Positions 14,886 through 28,353 are shown, counted from the first letter of the stretch. The stretch: DNA of 64,000 bases from Octopus vulgaris (GCA_951406725.2 OX597840.1:11966001-12030000), one strand, 5' to 3'. Made by a program: numbers and translations. Notes: generated by a model not told the origin, from the letters alone.

Positions 14886-15451
14886 TTGGGTTGTCCGGAA
14901 AGTTTGTGCCGATTTATAGTAGCTTACCTTTCGACTTATTTTAGAACATGGTTGAGTCCATAAAATAGGATTTGACTACACCTCCATTTAGAGAACAGTT
15001 TAAGCTTTCTTTTCGTGGAAGAAGGTTTATGTTCCTATAACCTGTGTTAATTCTGTAACCCTTTAAAATGGAAGATAAGAAAGTTCATTTTCGGCACTTG
15101 ATGCTTTGGGAACCAGACACAAATTGCTGCAGCTCGGCTGGGATGTGTTACCCCACCCTCCATATTCACCAGATATTGTTCCTTCAGATTTCCACTTATT
15201 CAGGTCTCTGCAGAATAGTCTTAATGGTAAAAATTTCAATTCCTTGGATGACGTAAAAAGATACCTTGATGAATTCTTTGCCATGAAACCACCTCAATTC
15301 TGGGAAGAGGGTATTTTCAAGTTAAAGGAAAGATGGAGATGCATTGTACAACAAAATGGTTCGTATTTAGTTGATTAAAAATGTAATGGCAAGTATTTAT
15401 TGACCTTTTTCTTTCCTTTAAAAATCGGCACAATTTTTCCGGACAACCCAA
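14886..15451 (+). mobile_element. Internally deleted mariner transposon (mellifera-like)
   Basis: TIRs TTGGGTTGTCCGGAAA..GTGCCGATTT and AAATCGGCAC..TTCCGGACAACCCAA with TA flanks. N-terminus MEDKKVHFRH joined to C-terminus HPPYSPDIVPSDFHLFRSLQNSL. Confidence 0.95.
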
Positions 15452-16740
15452 TATAATGAGGAATAAATAATATCAGTCAGTGGAAAATGCTACTTTAACA
15501 TGAAGGCTATTTTTTACTGATGAGGTCATAAAAAGGCTGGAATTGATCCAAAGTTGTCTCTGGTACTTATCCATCTTTCCCATTAGAAACAATATTGACT
15601 AATATTGCATCTTCATCTTCAAATAGTTATTTCTATTGAGCTTTATGCTTTTTGTATTAAGTATATTAACACTAAGTTAATTAGTAGCAGAGAGAGAGGC
15701 ATGCATTTGTGACATTAAATATTTGAATATTGTTACCATCTATACTATTTAATATTATTGATGGAAATGATACAATAGGAAAGATGCCAAAATTATTATT
15801 GGACCCAACTGACAATGAAGTGCATGTCCTGCAACGTAAGCCATATACATCTCTCAGAGAGAGAGAGAAGGTATACACCCCCGAAAGCATGGCATTTAAC
15901 GAAAGATAGAATGCAGTAATATGTTCTACACTCCACTTATGTATCTAGTGCGGTTAGATGAGGGGCAACAAACTAGGCTAACATGCAGAATACAAGCTAC
16001 ATAATAATATTAATAGAATATAGGAAATATGTTTGGTATTTTAAGCTTTATAAAAAAACATGTTTTGGAAAATCAACTGGCATTGATTGCCCTCGGTATA
16101 CTGATGAGGTGAATCAGTAAGAGTATATAACTTCACCAAAGGATCATGTAATCTTGTTAGCTGGTTTACCAAAACACGTGTATAAAGCATAAAATATCAA
16201 AGATATTTTTTATCTTTTATTTCACACACACACATGTGTATGTATGTACATACTGATTAAAATATGATTTATTGTATAAATTCAATTAATGTTGCATTTT
16301 CTGAAAATTGTAGCAATCAAACCATGAATATGTAACTTTACTACAGAATATTTTTACCTTATCAGGGAATAATGCAATTTTGCCAAAATTGCAATTATAT
16401 AAATTAAGCCACCAAGGCAATTAGTAGGAAAATAGCATATGATCTCATGAGAAGACATGAAGAACATTTAATTACCAATGGTTTATGAAATTGAAGTACC
16501 AACTGCAGTAAAATAGTAGATGTTATATTAAGGAGAAGCTTATTACACAAAGTATTATTGAGAGAAACTTACTAACTGTATCAGAATTATTTAAATTCCA
16601 ATTTTACCTCTGGAATAAATGTTTTTGATAAAGGAAAACTATTACAGGTAAACTTAATCTCATCAGAACAAAATTTAACTTAGAAAATAATTTAAAGAGA
16701 AATTTCAGTTTGTCTTCTAAATCAAAAAGTCATTTTTCAG

Positions 16741-17409
16741 CCGGCGTTGAGCCACAAATTCCACAAGTGAGAACACCAGAACAAACAGAGCTTCCTTCAA
16801 GACAACAGCACAAGTGGAATCTTGAAGTAGCTGATGATACTGAGCTTGTACATAAAGGAAATGATAATTCATCTAAAGAAGTACGAATGTTAGATACCAA
16901 ATTTGTTAAAAATCCAGCTGAAGTTATGGAAGATTCCATTAAAAATCAGCAATCTTTGGAAACATCAAGTTTTCCAAACACTTTTGAAGATGAGCAGAAA
17001 TTACCATCGTTCTCAAAAAATGTATCACGAAGAATTCTTTCTAAATGGAATTTGTTTCTCAAACATGAAGGAAGGTTAACTAAGAAAGAAAAACCCTTTA
17101 CACCTGAAATACAAACTGATAAAATGAACTCAGAGCAAGATACATCAAGCGATTCAACAAAGCAAGAGAAAAATAAATATTCATTTATGCTCCAAATAGA
17201 CAATGAGGAAAGGATTCTATCAAAGAAAATCTTTCAAAAATCCGATCCTGCAACCATTCAACCTTCACCAAGCCAGGAAGAAGAAGAAGAAGAAGAAGAA
17301 GAAGAAGAAGAAGAGTTAGATTTTAATCTTCTTGCGCCAAGAGTAGAATCTCAGAAAGAACGACATTCTCCAGAAATACTTCCAGAACTACTGAAGACAA
17401 GAGTATCAG
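16741..17409 (+). CDS. Large exon encoding an acidic low-complexity region; probable upstream exon of the SCO-spondin-like gene (5' boundary uncertain)
   Basis: Frame open 16632-17444 with no TE similarity and a poly-Glu tract. Strong CAG|GTAAGA phase-1 donor matches the next exon. Candidate acceptors at 16647, 16708 and 16740. Confidence 0.6.
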
Positions 17410-17721
17410 GTAAGATTGTATTACCAATAGTATTGGGAGGATAATCAAATGTATTGATATGTGTTTTTTCTCAGTTTTTATTAGATTTTAAAATATCCTG
17501 AATGTCTAAGAACGACAAAAAAAAGACAAAAAAAAGCAAATCCTCTCCAAAATAATGTAATTTTGGAGAATCTATTGTCAAACTGACATGGTGCCTTTTG
17601 GGTATTTCTTTTACAATAACTTTTGGGCTCAAGACCACCTTACTGTTCTGTCAATTATCCAATCAGTTCAATACCTTCTCATATAAATTGGGTTTTTTCC
17701 TCTAGTCTCTTTCCTTAACCC

Positions 17722-18253
17722 TAGATCTTCGTGTTTATTCAGTTATAGTTATTTCAAAATTTATTAACCCTAGGGATTTTTATGTTACCAAATGTAGGAT
17801 AAAGAAAAAAAGGAGTTTTAAAAATAATTTTTGTAGATTTTTAAATGCAATCCAAAACAGTGATTCCTAATAATGAATGATATCTCTTAGATCTTCGTGT
17901 TTATTCAGTTATAGTTATTTCAAAATTTATTAACCCTAGGGATTTTTATGTTACCAAATGTAGGATAAAGAAAAAAAGGAGTTTAAAAATAATTATTGTA
18001 GATTTTTAAATGCAATCCAAAACAAAATAATGAATGATATCTCTTAGATCTTCGTGTTTATTCAGTTATAGTTATTTCAAAATTTATTAACCCTAGGGAT
18101 TTTTATGTTACCAAATGTAGGATAAAGAAAAAAAGGAGTTTAAAAATAATTTTTGTAGATTTTTAAATGCAATCCAAAACAGTGATTCCTAATAATGAAT
18201 GATATCTCTTAGATCTTCGTGTTTATTCAGTTATAGTTATTTCAAAATTTATT
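17722..18253. repeat. ~160-bp tandem repeat, ~3.3 copies
   Basis: TAGATCTTCGTGTTTATTCAG recurs at about 17722, 17888, 18045 and 18210. Confidence 0.93.
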
Positions 18254-18465
18254 GCATGTAGCAATGTTACTTCATGTCACTGAAACCTGGTTTTATTTAC
18301 AAATAAACATTCTTTACAATTTGTGTAAAGTAGTAATAAATTCAATTCAGTTTTCCTATTTTTTCCCCTTATTCTCATTACTCATATCTATATCATTTGT
18401 ACATCAGCATTGAGAAGATGTAAATTCCTTTTTCTTGTACATTTTCAAATAATTTCTTTCAAATA

Positions 18466-18936
18466 GGCACAGGAGTGGCTGTGTGGTAGGTAGCTTGCTT
18501 ACCAGCCATATGGTTCTGGGTTCATTCCCACTGCGTGGCAACTTAGGCAAGTGTCTTCTACTATAGCCTCGGGCCGACCAAAGCTTTGTGAGTGGATTTG
18601 GTAAATGGAAACTGAAAGACGCCTGTCGTATATATGTATATACATATATATATATATATATATACTCTTTTACTCTTTTACTCTTTTACTTGTTTCAGCC
18701 ATCCGGCTGAGGCCATGCATATATATATATATGTTTGTGTGTCTGTGTTTGTCCCCCTAGCATTGCTTGACAACCGATGCTGGTGTGTTTACGCCCGCGT
18801 AACTTAGCAGTTCGGCAAAATGGACCGATAGAATAAGTACTCAGCATACAAAGAATAAGTCCTGGGGTCGATTTTCTCGACTAAAGGCGGTGCTCCAACA
18901 TGGCCGCAGTCAAATGACTGAAACAAGTAAAAGAGT
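18466..18936 (+). mobile_element. SINE family A
   Basis: Full-length copy with an inverted tail fragment in its (TA)n tract. Confidence 0.9.
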
Positions 18937-19212
18937 ACATACTAATAAAATCTAGATTAGTCTGTTATTTTGAAATCTATTAAGAACCTTCATTTCCTCA
19001 AATGAAAGTATTTTACATTTAAACTTAGTGGACTCGGTTGTAGAAATGTTTCTTTGTTTTACACAATGAATTAATGTGTTAGTGTTTATGAAGAGTAAGG
19101 AAGTTTGCTTTATTCTCTTGAAACTGAAAATAGAGAAAGGATCTATCATACTGAGTGATACATCAAACATTGTGAACTCAACTTTCTCTGAAGGATTATG
19201 AATTTGATGTCG

Positions 19213-19535
19213 AGGGCGCGTGGCTTAGTGGTTAGGGCATTCGGCTCATGATCGTAAGGTTGTGAGTTCGATTCCCGGCGACGCATTGTGTCCTTGAGCA
19301 AGACACTTTATTTCACGTTGCTCCAGTCCACTCAGCTGGCAAAAATGAGTTGTACTTGTATTTCAAAGGGTCAGCCTTGTCACTCTCTGTGTCACGCTGA
19401 TTATCCCCGAGAACTACGTTAAGGGTACACGTGTCTGTGGAATGCTCAGCCATTTGCACATTAATTTCACGAGCAAGCTGTTCCATTGATCGTATCAGCT
19501 GGGACCCTCGTCGTCGTAACCGGCGGAGTCTTTAA
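19213..19535 (+). mobile_element. tRNA-derived SINE family D
   Basis: tRNA-like head GGGCGCGTGGCTTAGTGGTTAG..CTCATGA..GAGTTCGATTCC followed by SINE body. Confidence 0.8.
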
Positions 19536-19691
19536 ATGAATTTGATAGAAGTGCATTTATTAGCTATAGAAATTAGCTCCATTGAATAATATGGAATCTT
19601 ACTGCTAAAATCATACAGGTTAACTGTTGATTTCTCTATGAGATGCTTGCCTGCACTTTAACAGGTTTTATTTTTCCATCAGACTGAAAGC

Positions 19692-20137
19692 TTATAGTGA
19701 TATTAAGGATATCATTATAGTGATATTAAGGATATCACTATAGTGATATTAAGGACATCACTTATAGTGATATTAAGGATATCACTTATAGTGATATTAA
19801 GGATATCACTATAGTGATATTAAGGATATCACTTACAGTGATATTAAGGATATCACTATAGTGATATTAAGGATATCACTTATAGTGATATTAAGGATAT
19901 CACTATAGTGATATTAAGGATATCACTTATAGTGATATTAAGGATATCACTATAGTGATATTAAGGATATCACTTATAGTGATATTAAGGATATCACTTA
20001 TAGTGATATTAAGGACATCACTTATAGTGATATTAAGGATATCACTTATAGTGATATTAAGGATATCACTATAGTGATATTAAGGACATCACTTATAGTG
20101 ATATTAAGGATATCACTTATAGTGATATTAAGGATAT
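19692..20137. repeat. 23/24-bp palindromic minisatellite (TTATAGTGATATTAAGGATATCAC)n, ~19 copies
   Basis: Alternating GTGATAT and ATATCAC inverted heptamers. Confidence 0.95.
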
Positions 20138-21371
20138 AGGTTGTCCGTATAGCTTTGTAAGCATACATTTATTCTATGCTTTGTGTATAGATATATATAG
20201 CAGGCTTCCACACAATTTCCATCAATCAAATTTTCATTTACTAAAAGTCAATCAATTCAAGGATATGATAAAAAAATATTTGTTTAAGGTGCCACAGTGT
20301 GAAATTGAACCTGAAACTACATATTTGTGAAAAAAATTTCTTAACCAAACAGCTATATAATTCTAGATTTCTTTAATCTACATTATCTTGATTAAGACAA
20401 GAATAACTTATGATTAGAAAGCAGGATAGTTATTTAATTAATGTAATTAAATATCAAATAATTCATATATTAAATAATTCATATTAAATAATTCATATTA
20501 AATAATCATATTAAATAATTCATCATCATCATTTAGCGTCCGTTTTCCATGCTAGCATGAACCGTCCAACCCATGCTAGCATGGAAAACGGACGCTAAAT
20601 GATGATGATGAATTATTTAATATGGTCAATTCAGTCTTCATGATTTCATTAGGGCTACTTTTGAACTGCAAATGTTGCAATCAAATTTGCATACAGAGAT
20701 GCCATCTTTTAGTCTTAAGCCTCTCTCTTTCTTACTTGGTCTTCTGTCAAGAGATTGCTGAAAGAGGAGAATGCATGGGAGAAAGGAGGACTATCTGAAG
20801 TAGAGCCAACAAAAAGAGTGGTTATTGGAGTTGACAGTACAGTATGGTGAGAAGAGCTGTTAAGGATATGAAGGCAAGGAAAGCAATTAGACCTTCGGGA
20901 ATAATTGCTGTGGTGCAAAATATAACTAAGAAAATAAGGCACCTGCTAATCACTCGCATAGTCAATTATTGATATTACTTAGCCAAGGTCAGCCCTGACC
21001 AAACAGACGTATGACCAAAGGCATTCCAGCCCTGTTTATGTATGTGCAAGGCCCTCAAGGCCACTTTTTTCAATGTATCCCTTTTTACGATAGACAGGTG
21101 TGGTTCCAGGTACATCTGGCTGTTGTATCTAGTGGGTGAAGCTGTCACATAAAGGATCTTATTCGCTTGTTGTTAATCAGGTAGTGCAGGGATGTTTCAT
21201 TTCCATTGTCTGGTATCGTAATATCATCATCATCATCATCATCATTAACTTCTACAAAAGCAAATGAGATGCTCCGGAAAGAATCAGGTACAGAGATATC
21301 AAACTGGTGGACCAAGTTATGAAAATAAGAAAAACAGTTATAGCATAACTGATTTGGGATCCTGTTAGCTT

Positions 21372-22034
21372 CATCATCATCATCATTGTTCGACCGTGGT
21401 CGAGACAATGGAATTTACCATGCTACGCCAGACTTCACGGTCCATCATGGCATTACGGAGGTCCTGTTGCTGGATGCCTGTATCCCTGGAGATTACATCA
21501 GGGTAGGAGAGTGTGCGCCCTCTGGTATTGCGAGTAGACAGCTTCCAGAGGAGAAGAGTAGAAATTACCTCGTTTTCAGCTCTACAACAATGTCCAGCAA
21601 ACTGGACTCTTCTACCTTTCACAAGAGATGAAACAGGTGGTAGTTTCCCATATATTTGCATTTTGGTTGGATGGCGCTTCCACAGAGATTTTGAGCTCTC
21701 ATAAGGAGGCAAGTGTAGGTTCCATCCAACCGCCTCTCAAGCTTCTTTGATAACGTCCAGGTTTCTGAGCCATATAGTAGAATTGGTTCGACTGTGGCTT
21801 TGAAGATTTCAAGTTTGAAGTCTCTACTTAGATTTGATGACCAGATCTTATGCATGTCATTACAGGCTGACCAGGCCATACCCTTTCTAGTTAGAAAGTC
21901 TTTTCCAGATGATGATATGTATGACCCAAGATATTTGTAATCAGAAACCATATTTAAGGGCGCGTTGTTGAGAGTATGGCTGATGCAATCACTGTTGGAC
22001 AGGCACTTGTTTATATATTCAGTCTTGGCACATG
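21372..22034 (-). mobile_element. 5'-truncated RTE-X/RTE-like LINE, young
   Basis: DYKYLGS..EPILLYGSETWTL..FAGHCCRA..DREVWR, (GAT)n tail, 10-bp TSD CTGTTAGCTT at 21362 and 22035. Confidence 0.9.
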
Positions 22035-22339
22035 CTGTTAGCTTAGAGGAGATGTAGTTCGGGTTTGTGCCAGTGAGACAACCACAGAAGTTCTTAGCTA
22101 CTCTATAAGATATTCATCAATCTGGAAACTACTTTTCACAAAGTAGCACATCCTGTAACCTGGTGGATAATAAGAAAACTAGAAGTAGATGAATGGCTTT
22201 TTAGATCCCTGCCAACTACACACAGAGGTGACATCAGCAAAGTGAGAGTTGGCAATTAATTCAGTGAGGACTTTAGCTGTACAAAAGCTGAAAAGAAATG
22301 AGATGAACAGACTCTACAAGATGCATAACTAATATTAGA

Positions 22340-22700
22340 CACAGGAGTGGCTGTGTGGTAAGTAGCTTGCTTACCAACCATATGGTTCCGGGTTCAGTCC
22401 CACTGCAAGTATCTTCTACTATAGCCTCAGGTCGACCAAAGCCTTGTAAGTGGATTTGGTAGAGGGAAACTGAAAAGAAGCTCGTTGTATATATGTATAT
22501 ATATATATATATATGTATGTGTTTGTCTCCCCAACATTGCTTGACAACCAATGCTGGTATATTTACATCCCCGTAACTTAGTGGTTCAGCAAAAGAGAAT
22601 AAGTACTAGGCTTACAAAGAATAACGCCTGGGGTTGATTTGCTCGACTAAAGGCGGTGCTCCAGCATGGCCACAGTCAAGTGACTGAAACAAGTAAAAGA
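22340..22700 (+). mobile_element. SINE family A
   Basis: Similarity to other copies. Confidence 0.85.
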
Positions 22701-22951
22701 GAGAGAGTATAGGAATTCTACTGTGGTCAGCTTTGCCTTTCATCCTTTCAGGGTCGGTAAAATAAGTACCAGTTGCACGCTGGGGTCGATGTAATTGACT
22801 TATCCTCTCCCTTGAATTTTCTGGACTTGCGCCAAAATTTGAAACCAGTATCAATGTATTTGAACAATGCAACAGAAAATAGCCGAGAAAAAAAAATGGT
22901 TATAAGAGAAACCAGTTGCAGAAAGAAGACTGCATTGGTATGAACATGTAA

Positions 22952-23348
22952 TACTCTTTTACTTGTTTCAGTCATGTGACTGTGGCCATGCTGGAGCACT
23001 GCCTTTAGTCAAGAAAATCAACCCCATGACTTATTCTTTGTAAGCCTACTACTAATTCTATCGGTCTCTTTTGCCGAACCACTAACTAACTGAGACATAA
23101 AATCAGCAGCATCAGTTGTCAAGTGATGTTGGGGGAACAAACACAGACACACAAACATATACACACACACGCATATATATATATACATATATACGGCGGG
23201 CTTCTTTCAGTTTCCGTCTACCAAATCCACTCACAAGGCTTTGGTCGGCCCGAGGCTATAGTAGAAGACACTTGGCCAAGGTGCCACGCAGTGGGACTGA
23301 ACCCGGAACCATGTGGTTGGTAAGCAAGCTACTTACCACACAGCCACA
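22952..23348 (-). mobile_element. SINE family A
   Basis: Similarity to other copies. Confidence 0.88.
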
Positions 23349-23724
23349 AGAAGCATAAGAGTTAAGTTAAATGAAAAAAAAAAGAGCCAGGTGATCCAAG
23401 GTGAAAGAAACAATGGAAGTGTAAGATTGAGTAAGAGATAGGGAGAAGTGGAGGGAGGCTGATATCAGGAAGATGAACCTCATGAAATATAGGACAAAGG
23501 ACTGCAAGAAGCAGTGAGATACTGTGCTGAAGCCTCGCCACATCCCTAACCCATGCAAACACTGAAAAATAGACATGGGTTATGATGATGATGATATTCA
23601 CAACTCTAATGCTGTACTGTGTCCATTGGTAAGATATTCAACAACTCTAATTAACCTTGTACCATATGAAGAATTGAATAAGACAATTGCAGATATAATT
23701 AGTTTTTGAACTTTTTCTTCTATA

Positions 23725-24018
23725 ATTCGAGCATGATCGTTACCAACGTCGCCTTACTGGCACCTGTGCCGGTGGCATGTGTAAAAGGATTCGAGCAAGG
23801 TCATTGCCAGTACCGCCTGACTGGCCCCCGTGCCAGTGGCATGTAAAAAGCACCTGCTACACTCTCGGAGTGTTTGGTGTTAGGAAGGGCATCCAGCTGT
23901 AGAAACTCTGCCAAATCAAGATTGGAGCCTGGTGCAACCATCTGGTTCGCCAGCCCTCAGTCAAAATCATCCAACCCATGCTAGCATGGAAAGCGGACGT
24001 TAAACGATGATGATGATA
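23725..24018 (+). mobile_element. RTE LINE 3' UTR / RTE-tailed element with (GAT)n tail
   Basis: GTGGCATGTAAAAAGCACC..CCAACCCATGCTAGCATGGAAAG..GATGATG. Matches the tail of the RTE at 46307-47145. Confidence 0.8.
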
Positions 24019-24079
24019 AATTATGCAAACACCTCCAGTCTAGTATCTGAATTTTTTCCTTCTGTTATAAATAAAGTAA

Positions 24080-24790
24080 AAATTGAAGATACCGAAATGA
24101 TCACCACCAGAATTAAACTGTCGACAGGAATATTTCAGAGTGGCAGCTTATTGACCTGGAAGTTTATCTATAAAATGTTTCATCATAGCAGTGAACACCT
24201 TGTCAGCCTGGTTAAGGAAATACAAAAGCTACATCATAGAACTTCGGGTGAAAGAAAAATTAATTTCACCTACAGCTTTTTTGGTGACTAACCTCAAGCT
24301 GTATTCAAGAGACAGAACCAAGAGACAGAACTGGTAATGACATTCTCATGGGACATAAGAGAATGTTCATAACTGGTAATTAAACAAGAAAAGATTACTG
24401 ACCAGGCACAATGATGAATACTAGAAATATGCTGAAACCGGTGGGAATATTGTATGTGTTGGTGCTTGGAGTAAAGTGAAAGAGGAAGCTGTATGGAACA
24501 GGAAGCCAAAGTCCATGCACTGTTGTAGAGATTAGCGATACAGCAGATGTAAATGCCTCATCAAGAATAAGTGAAAATGGGAAAATAACTATGGAGCTGT
24601 TATATCCAAGCTGTAGATTTTTTTCATTTGTTCCTGTTATCATAGGTGAACTGGGCCATGTAAGAACAGATCTGCAGAAAATCCTAGAAATGCTTGGGTT
24701 CTTGAAAGCAGAAAAGAAAAAAACTTATTCACATTTTTCCAAGTACAGCCAGAGTGACAATAACAATTTGTAAAACATTCCAGGAATTCT
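24080..24790 (+). mobile_element. Degenerate R4/Dong-like (restriction-like endonuclease) non-LTR remnant
   Basis: IKLSTGIFQSGSL (compare RGIFQGDSL), an RHN motif, and FVPVIIGELGHV..ILEMLGF typical of RLE C-termini. Confidence 0.55.
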
Positions 24791-26364
24791 TTATTTGAGG
24801 TTCTTGAGATGAACACTAGTTCACAAATACATTTACATATCACTCAAACACACACACACACACATATACACACTCTAACCAATTCAGATAACCACAGTCA
24901 AGAGGTATCTTGACATAAGCAAAAGAGCCTTGCTACTTTGTTAGTGGTTAAATTCAGTTCTATAAAATAAAGGAGGAAAATCCTAAAGAAAAATATGAGG
25001 GTTTTGCACAGGCAACCCATCACCACCATCTTACCTTTTTCCCAGATACTCCCGTCCACCCTCATATAAATGCAGGGTAACCATGTATCTTCTCCCATAG
25101 AAAGACATCTTTAACACTCCCTGGTACAAAATTTCCTCTCTGCCTTCTTAAATACACCCCCATTTAGTCCAAGAGTGCTTTTCCCTTTCCCCTTTTTCCT
25201 CTTCTTGTCCTTTCCTATCTTGACAACCTCACTAGTGCTGGTGATACAGAAAAGAGTCATCTGGGCTATAAAAGGGCACCCAGCCATAGAAACCATGCCA
25301 AAGGTGACATGGAGCACAATGTAGGCCTGTGACTCACCAGATCCTATCAAACTATCCAGCCCTTGCTAGCATAAAAAGCAGGCTTTAAATTATGAGGAAG
25401 GGTAGGCATATGCATTTTCATATGTACTTACTTACATACATATATACAAACAAACATGAGTACCTACTTATCTATGTATATGCACATGTACATATGTATA
25501 TAGATACATATACACCCAGTTAATGTCAAAATAAAGCTAAAAACCAGAAAATAAAAGAACATCTACACTGATCTGTTGAGAAATTTATAGCTATTCCATC
25601 CTGATCACAAGCTCAGATTTATACACATAATTATTAGGAAACTAAGATATGCAACCAATTGCCTCAGCTCCAATTTTGAGAAATTAAGATTCTTAAAACC
25701 AGAAAGCAGAAAGCTAATTAAAAGAATATAGATGCAAGCCATCAATGGAACTGTCAAAATATGTGAAACTTTACAAAAATTTAGCATATAAGTATTTATG
25801 CATGTAATGTCTATGCACGAGTATATACACATAAAACAAAGCATACAGAACTGCATGTGCACCGACTCTGAATACTCACACATATACACAGATACATGCA
25901 CAACTACCCTGTTGATGTTGAAATTTCAATGAAGGAGCAAGCCTTGGGTCTAGGTTAGAAACCAGCTCTTTCTCCATCAGCAAGATATCCAGGTAATAAA
26001 ACTAAGTAACATGCATGCATTCACATATGCACACGTTTATGCATACGCACACACATATTAACATATATACAGTCATCTGTCCATAATTATATATACATAC
26101 ATACAGCTACCATTGGAAGGTTTACAAAGTCCTGGACTGGAACTAAAAGTGGATTGCCTCCCATAGAATAAGTATTTCAGAAGGGCTATTCCAAGGGACA
26201 GTCTATTTATGCATCTTGTTTATTTTAGCCCTAGATCAACTGTCATTACTTTTATCATAAAATCAACTGGTAATGTGCTGACAAGGCACAATGATGAATA
26301 CTAGAAATATGCTGAAACCAGTGGGAAGAGACACTAATTAAATCGTAAATTCATCTAAATACTT

Positions 26365-26683
26365 TAACTAGCAAAAACCCTGCGAGAGTCAAGTCTGTTG
26401 GTTCGAGGAGCACAACTATTCAACTCCATTCCGGTACATGTCAGAAATCTATCAGGATGCAGTGTGGAATCATTCAAATTGCAGCTGGATAGATACTTAA
26501 GCACCATTAGAGATGAACCCCATCTCCCAGGATATACACAACGAGCACAAACTGACTCAAACTCGCTCCTACACATGTCAAAATTAAACAGAGAATACAA
26601 CCTGGCAACCACACCAGACTCTGAGGGTGGAGTCTTCGACTTGGCCTGAGCATGGACTCAAACTCAAATGAAATGAAATGAAA
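26365..26683 (+). mobile_element. CR1-group LINE 3' end
   Basis: RGAQLFNSIPVHVRNL..FKLQLDRYLSTIRDEP..SNSLL followed by a (TGAAA)n tail. Confidence 0.8.
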
Positions 26684-26895
26684 TTGCAGCGTGGAAGGTG
26701 TTTATAAGCCATTTAAGAAACACAAATTTAATTTGTCAAAATATTTTCGTCACTTTGAGACTGCGACCTGTTCACTGACAAAACTTCGTGCTGCATCTCT
26801 TAAATGGTTTATGAACACCTTCCATGCTGCAATTGTTTTCGTTCCAGCACACGATCTCAGATCAGATCACATGCTATGCAAGTACATCAAAATAT
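26684..26895. mobile_element. Penelope-like terminal fragment with inverted duplication
   Basis: Same family as 47576-48255. Inverted arms TTGCAGCGTGGAAGGTG / CACCTTCCATGCTGCAA; carries a hammerhead motif. Confidence 0.6.
26732..26782 (-). ncRNA. Minimal hammerhead ribozyme motif, G3-C8 variant
   Basis: Minus strand TTTGTCA-GTGAACA-G-GTCGC-agtctcaaa-GTGAC-GAAA-ATAT-TT-TGACAAA. Confidence 0.6.
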
Positions 26896-27499
26896 TTACA
26901 TTGCCAAGAAACAGCTGAGTTAGGGCAACAATTATTTTCTGCTGATACAGGGATAGGACTCACAACAAAGACCTGGAAACCCAAAACTCTGAAGCCACCT
27001 TTTAGACTCATAACCATTACATCATGTTGTATTGCAAAGGATATGCCTTTGTAATCCAAGGGCAGAAGATAACTCTGGAATATCTAAAGAACAAGACACA
27101 GTTCCAGCCTTTTAGCCACAAACACGTAACCAAAAATGTCAATTATGTCTTTCTTCTGTGGAAGACATTACCCGTGGGATCAGCTGTGACTCAAAAATAT
27201 CATCAGGGTACTTTTTCCCATTGTAACATTTTATGCTGTTGATAAATCAATTTACAAAGCGTCTTATAGGAAAGACTGCCCTGAGATAAATGCAGAAATG
27301 CCTCTCTTAGTGGATACATACATACACACACATACATATATACTTACATACACACACACATACATACATACATACACACAAATACATACATACATACATA
27401 CACACATACATACTTACATACATACATACATACATACATATTTACATACATACACATACAACATACACACACACACACGCACACAAACGCACACACACA

Positions 27500-28180
27500 C
27501 ATGGAATATTGCTGGAACATTCCCATCAAAACTTCAGCAAAGTGCAATAAAAAAAAGTCTGATGTAGTAATTTGGGACAAGACAGAAAAATCATTTTACA
27601 GTCATGGATGTTAGTTGTTGTCCTGCAACGACCATCTCTTCCAAAGTCAACAAAAAGAAGAATATTTACGACAACATTTGCTTCAAACCTGCAGCTTCTC
27701 TGCTCTGATTATAAATTCACATTTATATCAATACATATTGGTTTGTTTGTTTCTTCTCGAGCCACACCTGGCTCATAAGGGCTGGTTTCCTTGGCGTATA
27801 GGTTCCCCACCTGGATGGGACGCCGGTCCGTCACAGGTGAGCTGCAAGATGCAGGAGGAAAGAGTGAGAGAAAGTTGGGGAGAAAGAGTCAGTAGAAGTT
27901 CGCCATTACTTTCTGCCAGAGCCGCGTGGAGCTTAGGTGTTTCGCTCATAAACACACACATCGCCCAGTCTGAGATTTGAACCCACGATCCCTCGACCGC
28001 AAGTGCGTTGTACCTCCACTATACATATTGGTGCACGTTGTTATGTTATTTAATTTTTAAGTAACAATATGGAAAAGCTAGTTTTCAAGCAAAGAAAGCA
28101 ACCAGCTAACACACACTTTACAGATGAAATCTGTAAGCAGAATAGTATAAATATACAAGACTTTTCCAAAGTTTAACATG
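27500..28180 (+). mobile_element. Degenerate R4/Dong-like RLE-domain remnant, interrupted by SINE C
   Basis: EYCWNIPIKT..KSDVVIWDKTEK and LQLLCSDYKFTFISIHIG, resembling the PD-(D/E)xK RLE region. Confidence 0.55.
27743..28020 (-). mobile_element. tRNA-derived SINE family C
   Basis: 12-bp TSD ATACATATTGGT at 27731 and 28021; homologous to 45198-45507. Confidence 0.9.
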
Positions 28181-28293
28181 TAAAGCTTATTGTTTGCTAT
28201 CCAAATTGAGCTTTGTTTCTTTGTTAGAAACTAGCTCTTCGCTCATAAGAAGAATTCAAATAATTTTTAAAAAAACAATGATCCATATATACA

Positions 28294-28331
<38 letters not shown>

Positions 28332-28353
28332 GTGTTCTTTTCTTTGCTTTCAG

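Noticed and set aside
15703-15835. Possible first exon: hydrophobic FVTLNI*ILLPSILFNIIDG stretch ending at a phase-1 C|GTAAGC donor
   Set aside because: It has an in-frame TGA and no ATG before the hydrophobic stretch. Invoking RNA editing is unsupported without transcripts.
19213-19285. tRNA-like sequence with CAT anticodon-like loop (and similar heads at 61639, 63366)
   Set aside because: Continues into SINE bodies and the acceptor stem is not intact; these are SINE heads, not tRNA genes.
20745-20940. Purine-rich exon-like stretch (RLLKEENAWEK)
   Set aside because: Contains stops and resembles a decayed RTE ORF.
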